A stretch of 64,000 nt of DNA from NCBI RefSeq assembly GCF_016432865.1, contig NC_067398.1, positions 397,110,001-397,174,000 on the forward strand, in the 5' to 3' direction. Numbering within the stretch: the stretch's first letter is position 1; each line of letters begins with the position of its first letter. This DNA is from Antechinus flavipes (taxonomy: Eukaryota). The translations under genes and the position numbers were made by a program. Positions 1 through 12,937 of this stretch are shown piece after piece. The notes beneath the pieces were generated by a model, which saw only the letters and a list, made by a program, of their open reading frames with translations, had not been told where the DNA came from and did no database searches.

Positions 1-1357
1 AATTATGTGAAACGATTAATAAGGAAAGGCATCAACTGGACAATTCCAACATTATGCTGCACTATTAAAGAATGACAAAGCAAGAATGTAGTATGTGTCT
101 CATGAAATAATAATTAGATGAGAGGTCCTAGTTTAAACATGAGTAAATTAAAAACCGCTCCTTGAAGTATTCAAAATTGTCAAACATGAAAGAGATCTTG
201 CTCAAACACTGGAAAGGTCAGAGACACAATTCAGATTAAAAAAGGTAGGAGGAAGTGATCAAAGGGTCATAAGCATCTGTTCGTTTTAACTGAAAACTAA
301 AGGTAAGCAGAATGAGAGATTAGCATAACAGAAACATAACTCAGTGGCTATACAGGGACTATTTTCTATCTAGCCAGCATTTAATCCAGGGTTAGGTTTG
401 AAGCTTTTATCTTCATTAGAAACAATTAAAATTTCAACTCTGAAAGCCAATGACACTGTGGCATCCTGACAACCTTCATTTTATCTTGGACAGAATTCAG
501 ACTGGTAAAAGAGGCTGTTTGATTGGATATCTAATTATCTTAGCCTGAAGAGAAAACAGTATTTATAAGATTCTCATAATGAATTCCTCCCAATCTTATA
601 TTCAGAAAGACAGTATACTTTTTGAGTATTCATGCTGTGTGTGGTCCATAGAATATTATCACCCTATCTTTCCTCCCTTAAAATTTTCCCCTGAATGCAT
701 ATAAGTCCATGTCTGTACCACTTCTTCAGCACTTAATTGTGTGTCTTAAGTAAGGATTATTATTATTTTTTTAATATGTTTATGTCTTATCTCTCCAGTG
801 TCTCCAACAAGATTGTTGATTCCTTAGAGGCAATGTGGCTATCTGATATTTCATTGTTAATTCCTTTGGATTTTCAGTTTGGGGCATCACAGCTTAGGGA
901 TTTGGAGAGAGTAGAAATTATATTATATTCTGTCATAATATAATGGAATTATAATCAAGATTAAGGCACCTAGCATGCTGTTGGGAATTCAGTTCATGTG
1001 ATATGAAGATCAACTTAAGAAACTAGGTATGTACCTTGGAGAAGACTTGGAGATAATAGCTGTATTCAAGTCCAATGGAAGAGCAATAGGACTTACTTGG
1101 TTTGAAAAGAACCAGAAGCAATGGAAAGCTTGAAGAACAAAATTTTGGTTTGGCATCAGGTAAAACCTGCTCATTATTAGAGCTATCCAACAGAGGAACG
1201 AGTAGCCTTCAAAGGTGGGAGAAAGGTTTACATACTTATTTCAGCAGAGGGTGGTCAGTATTATCAATAAAAAATAAAAAGTATAAACAGCATAAAAAGC
1301 ATGAACAGATGCTTTTTATCCATAAAAGATTTCTTTCAAATTTGGATTAAGCTAGAG

Positions 1358-1546
1358 CAAGCTTCTTAAACTTTTTCATCTCTCAATGCCCTTTCACCTG
1401 AGAAACTGTATGTGACTGTGAGAGTATAAATATATAAAACAGGTATAAAAATCAAACATTTACTGATAATAAATCATAATTTCATGACGCCCACATTCAG
1501 TTACAAGACTCCATATAGAATTCTAATCCACAGTTTAAGAAGCTAG
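1358..1546. mobile_element. hAT-type MITE
   Basis: Terminal inverted repeats agcttcttaaact ... agtttaagaagct around a ~190-bp AT-rich core. Confidence 0.7.
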
Positions 1547-1749
1547 AAGACCACTGAGGTTTCCTCCAAATCTCAAATTCTGTGAAAATATTCTATACTC
1601 TCATATAGCAAATCATATACTAGGGAGGATAGAAGGCAAGAGGGAAAGCAATATAATAAACATACAAAAATTTTGTGGAATAGAAAATTGAAAAAGGATG
1701 TAAAAAAATAATCCTACAGAGAAAGAAGAATTAGGAGATACAGCCAACA

Positions 1750-1900
1750 TGAGCAAAATCCAATGGATTTGACAATTATGAGGTTGCTGGTGAAACTCAA
1801 GAGTTTAGATAGATGCATAGGCATGGAAGCCAGAATTGTAAAAGATTAGAGAAGGAAAAATAATGATTCTACTCTCTCAAGGCAGCTAGAAGTAATAAAG
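1750..1900 (-). mobile_element. L2 LINE fragment
   Basis: ggatttgacaattatgaggttgctggtgaaactc...ggaagccagaattgt resembles recalled L2 consensus. Confidence 0.55.
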
Positions 1901-1904
1901 GAGA

Positions 1905-2150
1905 TATAGTGCTGGTTCTGGAGTCAGGAAGACCTGAGCTCAAATCCACTCAGATATGTCCTCCCTATGTAACTCTAGGTAAGTCAGCTTCTATTTGACT
2001 TAAGTTTCAGTAACTATAAAATGGGAATAACAAAAGCACCAAGGGTTGTTGTAATGATCAAAAGAGATATTATTTGTGTAAATAAAAAAAAAAATGTGGC
2101 CCAATATCTGGAACACAGTAGGCATTATATAAATGCTTATTTATCCTTTC
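1905..2150 (+). mobile_element. MIR/CORE-SINE
   Basis: ggagtcaggaagacctgagctcaaatcc head, CORE region and MIR tail (ggaacacagtaggcattatataaatgct). Confidence 0.75.
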
Positions 2151-2374
2151 CTTTCTCTTATGAAAAGTAAGTAATGCTTGGTTTGGAGGTGAACTTGATG
2201 GTGATGTTTGCAAAACTCCACTTTTACTCTTTCTCTATGGGATATTAAGTGAGTGTCGTATTTCTATCACTAAAGAGAGGTCCTGTAATCTTGAGATACT
2301 CAAGAAGCTTAGGAAAAGTAAACCCTTTTAAGACTTCAACAGGAATGATTTCTATGTGATAGCATCTTTGTGTT

Positions 2375-2460
2375 CAAACACACGTGTGTATATATGTATG
2401 TATATGCATACAAGACAACATATATACACATGTATATACACATACATGTACAGACATGTA
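2375..2460. repeat. Degenerate (TA/CA)n microsatellite
   Basis: Alternating purine-pyrimidine tract. Confidence 0.8.
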
Positions 2461-4129
2461 CTTTCACCTGTGTAGGAAAATTCAGGGTATGGAAACCTCC
2501 TCCCCACTGCAGAGTGTATGTAAAATGTAAATACCTTGAATGTAAAAAGCCTGTGGAGAAACCACTATAATGTTTTGCAGAGAATAGGTTCTTAATAAAT
2601 GCTTGTTAACTGATAAATGTCACCAATAAATACTAATAGAACATGAGAGGGAAAGAAAGGATAGTGATTCCTCAAAAATGCAGGTGGATCAAGGTCACTG
2701 GGAAAAACAGGACCATTTCTATTTTACAATTGAATGAACCACGACTGGCTGTCATGTTCTGTTCATTCTTCCCTTCTGCCATGTAAACTAACTAGGGAAT
2801 TTTAACAGGGAAAAGCCTACAGTGGTATTTATCACTTTTCTTACATGTCAGTGTGTCATGTGTAACAATTAATTTGATGATCTCAAATTAGACCTGACAG
2901 GCAGTCAGCCCCTGGATAATACAGCCTGCTCAGTTTTAGCAAACACACACATTGCTCCTCTTCTGCACAGTCTTTTAAGTATAAACATGTATTCTCACTT
3001 TTTCTGCTGCTCTCCTCTACCTCAAACCAACTGTTCAATATTTCCCCACTTTACATACTGCTGTGCCCCAATTTTAGAAAGTCTGATAACCCTCCCAGTA
3101 GTTCCTCTAGGAAATAGCTCTCCTAATGTATTTCAATGTTTCTTTACAGATCATTAACCATTTGACAGAGACAGCCAAGGGGAGTTGGGGAGAGCAGAGA
3201 GGACAGAGAAACTTAGAAGTGTTAAGTGTCTGAAGCCTTCCCCCACCCCAGCTAAAGGAAGACTAAAAAGAAAAAAAAAAAGGCAAATAGTCACTCAAAT
3301 TACACTTAAGTCAGCAGAAAAAAATAGCTCTGATTTAGGAAATTTCTATTTACACTCAAAATTTTCAGGAAACTTTGTTTTAGACAAAACAGATTAGCGA
3401 ATGAGTAGGTTTAAGAGATTGTTTTTTTGGAAGGCACTCTTCATATCAGATAAAATGTTGTTAATCCTTGACTATGGAGATCAGGGAACTAGTCCACATG
3501 AAACAAGCAGGTTATGACGTGCCCAAGACTATGCTAAAGAAACGCATTTGTTTGTTTTATAACAATAACCCACATGAAAACTGTTTAGAGAGAAAGATCA
3601 GTGTCCTATGAGGAATACCTAGTATCTAGCATGGAGTATCCTCTTCCTAATGTAAAAACCCTTTACACTATTCCCCGCCCGCCTCCCCCCCCCTCAAAAA
3701 AAAAAAATTGCTATTTCCTATCATTCCTTAAGGGCTGCAGTTGGGAAACTGTTCATGTGACTGAATTCAATCACTGAAGCTATGCAGCAAAGACATTTGA
3801 TGTTTGCAAGACCAAAAAATACCAAAAAAAAAAAAAACAAACAAAAAAAAAGTTTTTACATATTTCTAAGCTTATAGCCACTGCTGCAGTAAAGTTGCTG
3901 CCAATAGAATGGTGGCCATTTTTAAACCCCTGCTTCTTGATGACACATCAGTGCCGAAGAAATAGAAGGCAAGGAAGACAGATATACAAAGACTCTTTTC
4001 CAAATCTTTTCTATGAGGAAGAGCAACTTTCTTTTTAAGAAACCGCAATCATCAATAAATTTCCATCCTTTAAAGGAAAAAAAAAAGGAAAACCTTAATT
4101 TTTGTACAATTATCAGAATGTGGAAATAA

Positions 4130-4350
4130 TAAATTCTAGGGTTTGAAGGGATATTAGAGCTCAAGTTCATTAAAGTTCAACCCCCTCAATTTCATAATAT
4201 GGGGGCAGGACATGATGAGGAGGGAGACTGGGGGGCAGGAGAGAAACTTGGCACAAAAAGGTAAATAATTTGCTCAAAGTCCACATAATTAGCTGGCAGA
4301 GACAAAACTAAAAACTACTGTTTTCTGACCTCAATCCAGTGATCTTTTTC
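4130..4350 (-). mobile_element. MIR3-like SINE
   Basis: gaagggatattagag...tttgctcaaagtccaca...ctgacctcaatccagtgatc pattern. Confidence 0.6.
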
Positions 4351-4504
4351 TTAAGACTGTGCTGTCTTTTTATTCACTTAACTCCTCTGACTTCATAATT
4401 AAGATCAGCAGGAGTTTAGATGCCTCACTGTGGAGATGCTTCTTCTGAAAGCCTTATTCATCTATGGCCTCTTTCATGGCATGCCTGTTTTTGCCTCTCT
4501 AGAT

Positions 4505-4670
4505 CAGAAGATCACAGATTTAAAGCTAGAAGGGACATGAGGAGTTATTCATGTTTCTCGATGTATACAGGAGGAACCGAGACCCAGAAAGGTTAAGTAA
4601 CTCCCACTGGAAGGTTCACCCTGGAAGTAGAACTTAGTCTGGACTCCAAATTGAGCATGCTTTCTCAACG
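4505..4670 (-). mobile_element. MIR3-like SINE
   Basis: gatcacagatttaaagctagaagggac...gagacccagaaaggttaagtaact. Confidence 0.65.
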
Positions 4671-5157
4671 TGCCATGTTTCTTGTTAAGCATATTCCTTA
4701 AGTATCTTTGGAAAATTGATAGGAGGGAAATAGCAAAGCTGATAAACTCAGAAAGTTTATTCAGAAGACAAATAGAAATTATTTCTTAAGCATTTAAGAC
4801 TGCTATCCTACCTAAATTCATGGTATTATACACTGACAAATGCAACAGAACAGCTTTGGGATGAGCAGAGAATAAACTTATAAAACCACATCCCCTTTCA
4901 TTAAAAGCCCAAAGTTGAAGTTGATGGTATATTTCATTATATCCCATTATAGGCATCCTCATTACAATGCTGAATTATGACACTTTTAATGTTGACTCCT
5001 AAGGATAGCATAAAAATGAGACAAATCTCTCCTAGTTTCCTAAGGGTGACTGTTAACAAGACTCCAATTGCTGGTGTCTATTTAAAGAATCACTATGGCA
5101 AAAACCAAAACACAAATGGTGTATATCTTTCCTGTGTACCACAAAATAGAGCAATTA

Positions 5158-5385
5158 AATGGTATGGTACATAAAGCATCAGGCCTGGAGTCAGGAAGTC
5201 ATCTTTCTGAATTCAAATCTGTGTCAATGTGGGCAAGTCACTTAACCCTGCTTGCCTTAGTTTCCTCATCTGTAAAATAATCTGGTAAAGAAAATGACAA
5301 ACCACTCCAGTATCTTTGCCAAGAAAACCTCAAATGGGGTCAAGAAGAATCATACATGACTGGAAAATGACTAAACAACAAAACC
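5158..5385 (+). mobile_element. MAR1 marsupial CORE-SINE
   Basis: ggcctggagtcaggaag head, CORE, and tail aaccactccagtatctttgccaagaaaacc...catgactggaaaatgactaaacaac. Confidence 0.8.
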
Positions 5386-5599
5386 AAAAAATATTATCAA
5401 GAATAAGCCAACAAGATTTGCTCAATATACAACAATGCATAAAAAATGCACAAATAAAATATTTTTAAATGAATCATATAGAGTAGAAAGTCCCTTCTTT
5501 CTTTCTCACCATCTCAAGAATGGCAAAGTATAATAATTTCAAGTTAAAAAACCCAGAAAGTTAAAAAGTTTCAAGAATATAGCAATTGCAAGCCCAATC

Positions 5600-5712
5600 A
5601 AGCCTATAGCACTAGTCCTTGAGTCAGGAGTACTAATGCAGCCTCAGACACTTAACACTTCCTATCTATGATTCCGGGCAAGTCATTTAATTCTAACTGT
5701 CTTGTTAAAAAA
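5600..5712 (+). mobile_element. Short WSINE1-like SINE
   Basis: gagtcaggag...gcctcagacacttaacacttcct...gggcaagtcatttaa followed by an A tail. Confidence 0.6.
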
Positions 5713-8534
5713 AAATATTCCAAGTCAATAAAGCCTAAAATGATTTATATAAAACATATCTAAGAACTACTTCAAACAGCAGAGGTATGCAGACCCATTG
5801 GGTAATGAGCTGTATGTTTAAAATTTTTAATGGCGAGAACTCCCTTATTCAGCTTTTCCATTCCCCACAGAATTGATAACATAAAAGATACCAAATGACA
5901 AATACATAATAAAATAAATACATAATAATGAATAGTACTAATTCTTTGATGTCCATAAGCTTTTCCCCCAAAAAATGCTTTTACATATATTGTCACATTT
6001 TATTATCAAAACAACCCTATGAAGAGGTAGGAAGGTAGGTTGTTGTTACTAGTAGGATATTACTATCCCCACAGCATAGACAAGGCAACTGAGACATAGA
6101 TTAAAGGACTTTCCCAAAGTCATACCAATTAGAAAGCATTGACAAGTGGAATTTAAACCAGCATATAGTTAGTGGGCTCAAATACTGTCATCCTACTTAC
6201 AACCTCTATGATCTTGAATAATCACTTCTAGCTTTTGGAGCTTAATTACTCTCTCTATAAAATGAAGATACTGGAATATAACAACAATAATAATAGCAAT
6301 AAAAGTAAAAACGTTTTGTTTTGCAAAAGTATCGTATATAGTTATCTCATTTGATTCTCAATTCTGAAATAGATACTTTTATTATTCCCATTTGGCAAAG
6401 AAGGTACTGAAGATTTCTAAGCTCCTTCTGTTGTTATGGTTATCCTAGTTAGTCATAAAACCAACTAGAACCTAGAGCTCTTTCTTTTAGATAATGCTAG
6501 TCTCAGAAAAGCAAGAATATTTCAAATAAGACATGAAAACCATAGTAGTCTGTGACAAAGAAATCATAGGTACCCAAAAGAAGGCTATGTGGACTTCTTG
6601 GATTTTTCAGCTTTAGTTCTTATAAAATGCGCCATCGGTGGTTGTTTTTTTTTTTTTTTTTTTTTTTTAAACCTTGAGAATAGTTGGAATCTCATTGCCT
6701 TATTTTTTGTAAGTGGTGCCTGAAAATGTCTTTTTTTCCCCCTTAGTTCTATGATAGCCTAAGGGTAACTGATTCACAAATGACTCATAGGGAGAAGAAC
6801 AAGTCAGACATCCCACTGCCATATCTTGGCAGCTTCTCTTAAGATTTATAATCAGTCTTTCACCCAATGATGGCAAACTCAGCCACCTGAGTTAAAAAAC
6901 TTAGATTGTTTTTAAAAGTTTACAGCAATTCCATTTTCCTTATCTTCTCATGCCTTTCTTGGTTAAAATTTGACACTTTTCCCTACAGCATTTTAAAATA
7001 AAGAATATGCCATTAGCTGACTCAGCCTTGTCACAAATGAAAAAAATTTACATTTATTTGCCCTGTAATCTCCTCTAAAATCTTTGGCACTAAGAAAACA
7101 AATTCTTGAGCAGAATCTGGTGTTCAGCTCATTCTGTACCACCCATCCCTGCCTACATTTAAGACACATTTCCCCCAACAATTAAAATCACCACAAAATT
7201 AGCAGCAATGAATCATAGGTTTGCAATACTATTCCTGCTTCCTTTAATTTCAAGTTTTCTGTTTACTCCTAGCTACCTCCGGAACATTTATTTATTAGTT
7301 GTAATTTCTAAGCTTACATCTTGTCTTTGTACTTAGGTTATAGGTTTCTCCAGTTTCAAATCCAGTGCTTAAAAGAAGAGGCAAAATTATATAAAAACCA
7401 TGTATGAAAGCCCTGAACAATCAACACTGTCTCCACACTTCCTCCCCTTCTTCTAGGCCATATCTCAATTTTTTTCCCTGTCTACAGTTTCTAGATATGA
7501 ATGAATATGCCTCTGAAGAGCTGAGAGATAAAGGGCTACAAAGAGACAGTGGTTATTATAGAAGAGTACAGAGACCCTTTTGACAGTTGCTTTATAGAAT
7601 TGATTCTGCATCTGGCAGTTTGTGCAGGGGAGGAAAAATCACATAGTTTTTCATATTAAATGGAAACTGGGGCTTTTCTTAAATTAGTGGAAAAGTGTCA
7701 CCTAGGTTTACTAAAAGTATCTAATTAATTTTAAAAATCACTAAGTAGAATTTTTAGCTGGTCTTGTCAGGAATTCTATCTTACTCCTTGCTAAAAATTG
7801 GATAAAACCTTCCTGCAAAAAGATGCCAGGTGGACAAGATTTATTTGGCTATTAAAGAGTCTACAAATGGCTGTAAATCTCTTTTTTATAGTAGCAATGA
7901 TTTCATCTACTAAACTAGTTCTTCTCCAAGGACCAATTAAAAGACATTGTGGTTGTAAATTCAAAAGGATGAATGATATCCTTCCACAACAGGTCAAAGT
8001 TTACTGGGGAAAAAATGTTCAGTTTTGATCTAGAAAAACTTAATGTAAAAAACAAAAACACCACTCTTATAGAGACAGGAAGCATTTACAGCTCTAAAAT
8101 CTGAATCTGATATTATTTATACTAACATTTTGTTCAATTTTTAGAGAGCAAAAATAATTTTTTTTTAAAAAAAGAGGGAAGAACCCTGTACAAAAGCATC
8201 ACAACCAAACATCAGATAAACTAAGTGTTAATGATGACCAAAAGATTTTCTACTTTCATGTAATTTAAGTACAATGTTTCTCCTTTTAAATTAATTTTTT
8301 GAATTAAAATTGTTTATGTGGTAGTAGTTTTTAGAAGTAGTAAGGCCTTCCTCCATTTTACCTACAGGCTGATCTAAGTGTAACGCATCAACAATGAAAC
8401 AGCAAACAGTAAAGTAAAACACTTATCTTGCTTTCAAGATATTTATCTCTTAATAAATGACTACCACCAGGCAAGCTCAAAGCTAGGCACTGAGAATATG
8501 AACATAAAAAAAGAAGTAATTAAAAGATAAATGG

Positions 8535-8719
8535 GGGGTGGGGTGGGTAGGTGGTACAGTGGATAGAGCATCAGCCCTTAAGTCAGGAGGACCTGAGTTC
8601 AAATCTGGCTTCAGACACTTAACACTAACTAGATGTGTGACCCTGGGCAAGTCAGTCAAATCTGGCCTCAGACACACCCCAATTGCCTCAGCAAAAAAAC
8701 AGGAAAAAAAAAAAAAAAA
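8535..8719 (+). mobile_element. WSINE1-type tRNA-derived SINE with TSD
   Basis: taggtggtacagtggatagagca...gttcaaatc A/B boxes, poly-A tail, 12-bp TSD aaagataaatgg at 8523-8534 and 8717-8728. Confidence 0.85.
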
Positions 8720-9867
8720 GATAAATGGAAATGAATTGAACTTAGGAAGAGAATTTGAAGTTAACTGATGAGTATTCTACCTAAAATTTCATTAGGTGAG
8801 TTATTAGCAAATTTGGTCAAGTCATTACATTTTTCTAGACCTGTTCTTTTCCTGTAAAAGTTGGTACTAGATGTTTGCTAAGGTCTTTCAAATTCTAACT
8901 TTCTATGATTTTGTGAGTATTTACTACTGTTTACTGAATGCTTTATTTCCAGTTTTGTTTCCTAGGGAGAATTAAAAAAATTTTTTTTAAACAGAAAAAA
9001 GGCTTTCTGTACAATTAAGTATAGTTCTACTGCATATTGAATTAGGAAAATAATTTCTCATTCATTGTTCAATTTCTGTAGTATTTTTAAATTGTAATCA
9101 GTTTTCTAAAAATTACACACATACAATTTGACTGCTAAGAGAGGTTCAGATTTACCTAAATGTAAACAGAATAAAAAAAAAACCCTGACAAACCAAGAGT
9201 ATTTGGAGTGTCCTGGAATTATCATGATTATATTTGTCCTATTCTACTTTCTAAAGTGTTAAAAGAAATTGATAGAAATTGATAGAAATACACAGCTTGA
9301 TGGACAAAGGAATTTCTAAGCCTAAGTCAAAATGAGGCTTGTGACAGGGTCGCTGCTTTTAGTGACCAAGAAGCAGAATTCCAGATTTTCTGAAACCTGA
9401 AAGAAGCTATATGACCTTGCAGAAGCACCCATCAGTGACCATAAGACCACTAAGCAGTGATATAGACAGGCAGTAACATGTTACCTACTCCATAGCCTGC
9501 AAAGAGTACACATCAGCTACATATTCAGTTGTGGCTATGTGCACTTAATACAGATTGCATTTGTTAAGTTCATTAGGGTGTAGGCCCAGTTAAAGCAAAA
9601 GTAAATGATATCAGTAGACGTTAGTGACCTTAATGTGTTGGAGATATCTTCCTCTCCTTATACAATCTGGCCACACAGATTATTGCTTTTCCATGTGTTA
9701 TCTGTGTATCTGTATTCTCTCTTCTGAAGGCATGTGTATTTGTGGAAAAAAGTGTTACCTAGGATTGTGATGAAATTCTGTAACTATGGCTGTTTTTACT
9801 ATGTTATTTCACTAATTACCTTAGGTTTGAACAGATTACATTTTCTGGAGAAATATATGACTTATGG

Positions 9868-10050
9868 CAGGGGTCCTTAAACTACGCCCGCGGGCCAGAT
9901 GCAGCAGCTGAGGACGTTTATCCCCCTCACCCAGGGCTATGAAGTTTCTTTATTTAAAGGCCCACAAAACAAAGTTTTTGTTTTTACTATAGTCTGGCCC
10001 TCCAACAGTCTGAGGGACAGTGAACTGTTTAAAAAGTTTGAGGACCCCTG
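9868..10050 (+). mobile_element. OC1 (OposCharlie1)-type non-autonomous hAT transposon
   Basis: TIRs caggggtcct(t)aaact / agtttgaggacccctg; 8-bp TSD acttatgg / atttatgg. Body resembles the OC1 MITE as I recall it from dasyurids. Confidence 0.85.
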
Positions 10051-10735
10051 ATTTATGGTTTTGAGGAGATTTATGCCACAGAATTGAGTATTCTGAATCT
10101 GGGATAAATTTGTCTGGGAGACCCACATATGAATTCGTGAATGCCCTTAGGTGCTATGTTGATTAGTAAGCTCCATTCTATTTCTATTATTCTGAGTCTC
10201 TCACTAATCACACATGCTTTTTCAGTTTCTGGAAAATAATAATTCATTAAGTTCAGAGACAGAACTCATCCCCTCCTAAGGAAAAATTTGTTACTCAAGA
10301 AATAGGTCAATCAAAAGGTATTTATGAAGTACTAAGATACGAGAAATTAATTTGGAGGGAAAAAAGATGTTTAAGTACCTTTTCTTTTTGTCTTTTGTTT
10401 TTATATAATTTAAAAAAAAATCCAGACATAATATATCCCAGTGGGAACAAAGAACAAATAGAGATTTTTCTTTAGTTATATACTCATTCAATTAAACATC
10501 ACTGTTGTGTAATATTAAATAGATGACTTGTTGATTTAAATTCATTGGGTGTGCTTTATTTAAATGAAAAAAATATTTTCAAAAGATAATGGGATTGCTT
10601 AAAGAATACCACAAAAAACAAAACAAAACAAAATAAAAGTTATCAGCCATCAAAAGCTTAATAGATGTTCTGGAAAATCTCCATAGGAGAAAAAAACAAT
10701 AAAGAGAGTGCTATTTTCTATTATCTCCATATCCA

Positions 10736-10773
<38 letters not shown>

Positions 10774-11378
10774 TACCTATGAATGAGAGTATGAAAATCT
10801 GTGGGGTTTTTTTTGGGGGGGGGAGGGGAGAAGGGAAGAATCTCAGGAGCTAATAAATCACACTTGGTTGCTCCACTAATTTGAAATAAAGAACAGATGT
10901 ACTACAAATATAGTATCAAAGCCTATTACCTAACGGTAACAGACATCCTTGGAAAGCTAAGGGGCTTTAACCACTTTCTTTCTCACCCCTTGAATTAAAA
11001 AGAGTCCAGCCAGGCACTTTTGACATATGGATGCCCATATGCTCTATCACTCTGTGGGTATGCTTTGATTTACTACCTGCCAGATTTCAAGTCTTTCTCC
11101 AGAGACAATAAAAAGCAGGACAATCTACAGATACAGTACAAATTTACACTGATACTAAAAAGCTGCCACTTTGACTAAGACAGCTGAGAATGTTAGAGTG
11201 TATATATTGGATATATTATACCTTATATCCCTCTGTCAATTTGGCAAAAAATTTTTCCAAATGATAGTTTTATTATAATACTGATATTCCCAAGATACAC
11301 AAAATAAGCTTTGTAATAAATATTTACATATTCACAGATACACAAAGAACAAAAAAGTGTCAACTCTGATAGATCATC

Positions 11379-11762
11379 TGTAGAGGGCAGAACTCTGGAG
11401 AAGTATACTTGAAATAAGTATACTTGAAACAAGGTGTTAACTCAATGGAATTAATGAGACAATGGTTTTCTAGTTCACATAAACACTTAGTACTTAGTAT
11501 GGTGATGTAATGGTTCTCTAAGTTCACAAAAATCAATATGCTGTAATGATGTAATTACAATAAGGTGTATAAGGGCCAACAAGGACTGGAAGATAGACAT
11601 TCAATCTTTCACCAGCCTCGTGGTGGCTTTCATGTCTCCTCCACTAAGATCAAGACCCGGCCAGAATAAAGAATCTAGACTCTATTTCTGACTATTCTCA
11701 TGGTGATTATTCTGCTTAGACTAAGACTGGTCCCAAGACTCTCTAGAAAGCTAGCCTGGACA
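11379..11762 (+). mobile_element. Solo LTR (ERV-like), left arm of inverted duplication
   Basis: TG...CA ends (tgtag...ggaca), tataa at ~11577, aataaa at ~11665. No TSD identified. Confidence 0.7.
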
Positions 11763-12400
11763 TTATAAATTTTGATTATATTAAATTAAAAAGTTTTTTT
11801 TTTGTTTTTGTTTTTTTTTTACAAACAAAACTAATGCAGACAAGATTAGAAGGAAAATAATAAACTGGGAAAACATTTTTACATCCAAAGGATCTGATAA
11901 AGGCCTCATTTCTAAAATATATAGAGAACTGACTCAAATTTATAATAGTTCAAGCCATTCTCCAATTGATAAATGGTCAAAGGATATGAACAGACAATTG
12001 TCAGATGTAGAAATTGAAACTATTTGTAGCTACATGAAAAGGTGCTCCAAATCACTATTGATGAGAAATGCAAAGTAAGACAACTGTCGGATTGACTAAG
12101 AAGACAGAAAAAGATGACAAATGTTGGAGGGGATATGGGAAAACTGGGACACTGATACACTGATACATTGCTGGTGGTACTGTAAACGGATCCAACCATT
12201 CTGGAGAGCAATTTGGAATTACACTCAAAAAGTTATCAAACTGTGCATACCCTTTGATCCAGCAGCATTTCTATTGGGATTATATCCCAAAGAGATCTTA
12301 AAGGAGGGCAAGGAACCCACATGTGCAAAAATGGTTGTGGCAGCCCTTTTTGCATTGTTAAGAAACTGGAAACTGAGTGGATGTCCATCAACTGGAGAAT
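11763..12400 (+). mobile_element. L1 ORF2 C-terminal remnant
   Basis: Supplied ORF 12121-12402 (CIPFDPAAFLLGLYPKEILKEGKEPTCAKM...WKLSGCPSTGE) is L1 ORF2p-like; frameshifted. Confidence 0.9.
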
Positions 12401-12531
12401 AGCTTGAACTATTATAAATTTGAGTCAATTCTCTATATATTTTAGAAATAAGGCCTTTATCAGATCCTTTGGATGTAAAAATGTTTTCCCAATTTATTGC
12501 TTCCCTTCTAATCTTGTCTGCATTAGTTTTG

Positions 12532-12562
<31 letters not shown>

Positions 12563-12937
12563 CTTTTAAACTTAATATAATCAAAATCTAATGTCCAGGC
12601 TAGCTTTCTAGAGAGCCTTGGGACCAGCCTTAGTCTCAGCAGAATAATCACCAAGAGGATAGTCAGGAATAGAATCTAGATTCTTTATTCTAGCTCAGTC
12701 TTGATCTTAGTGGAGGAGGTATGAGAGCCACCACTAGGCTGATGAAAGATTGAATGTCTAGCTTCCAGTCCTTATTGGCCCTTATACACCTTACTGTAAT
12801 TACATCATTACAGCATACTGATTATTGTGAACTTAGAGAACCATTATATCACCATACTAAGTATTAAGTGTATATGTGAACTAGAGAATCATTGTCTCAT
12901 TAATTCCATGGAGTTAACACCTTATTTTTTCAAGTAT
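12388..12937 (-). repeat. Inverted copy of L1+LTR segment 11408-11970
   Basis: Manual alignment of the LTR parts gave ~27 mismatches and no indels in ~330 bp (~92%). The LTR-L1 junction is identical and the T/A tract expands at the same site. Confidence 0.92.

Noticed and set aside
7791-8028. Antiparallel 68-aa and 76-aa ORFs
   Set aside because: No homology recognised and no donor/acceptor pair giving a DAP-compatible exon.
9765-9830. C-box-like tgtgatga suggesting a snoRNA
   Set aside because: On the strand opposite DAP, with no properly placed D box or terminal stem.
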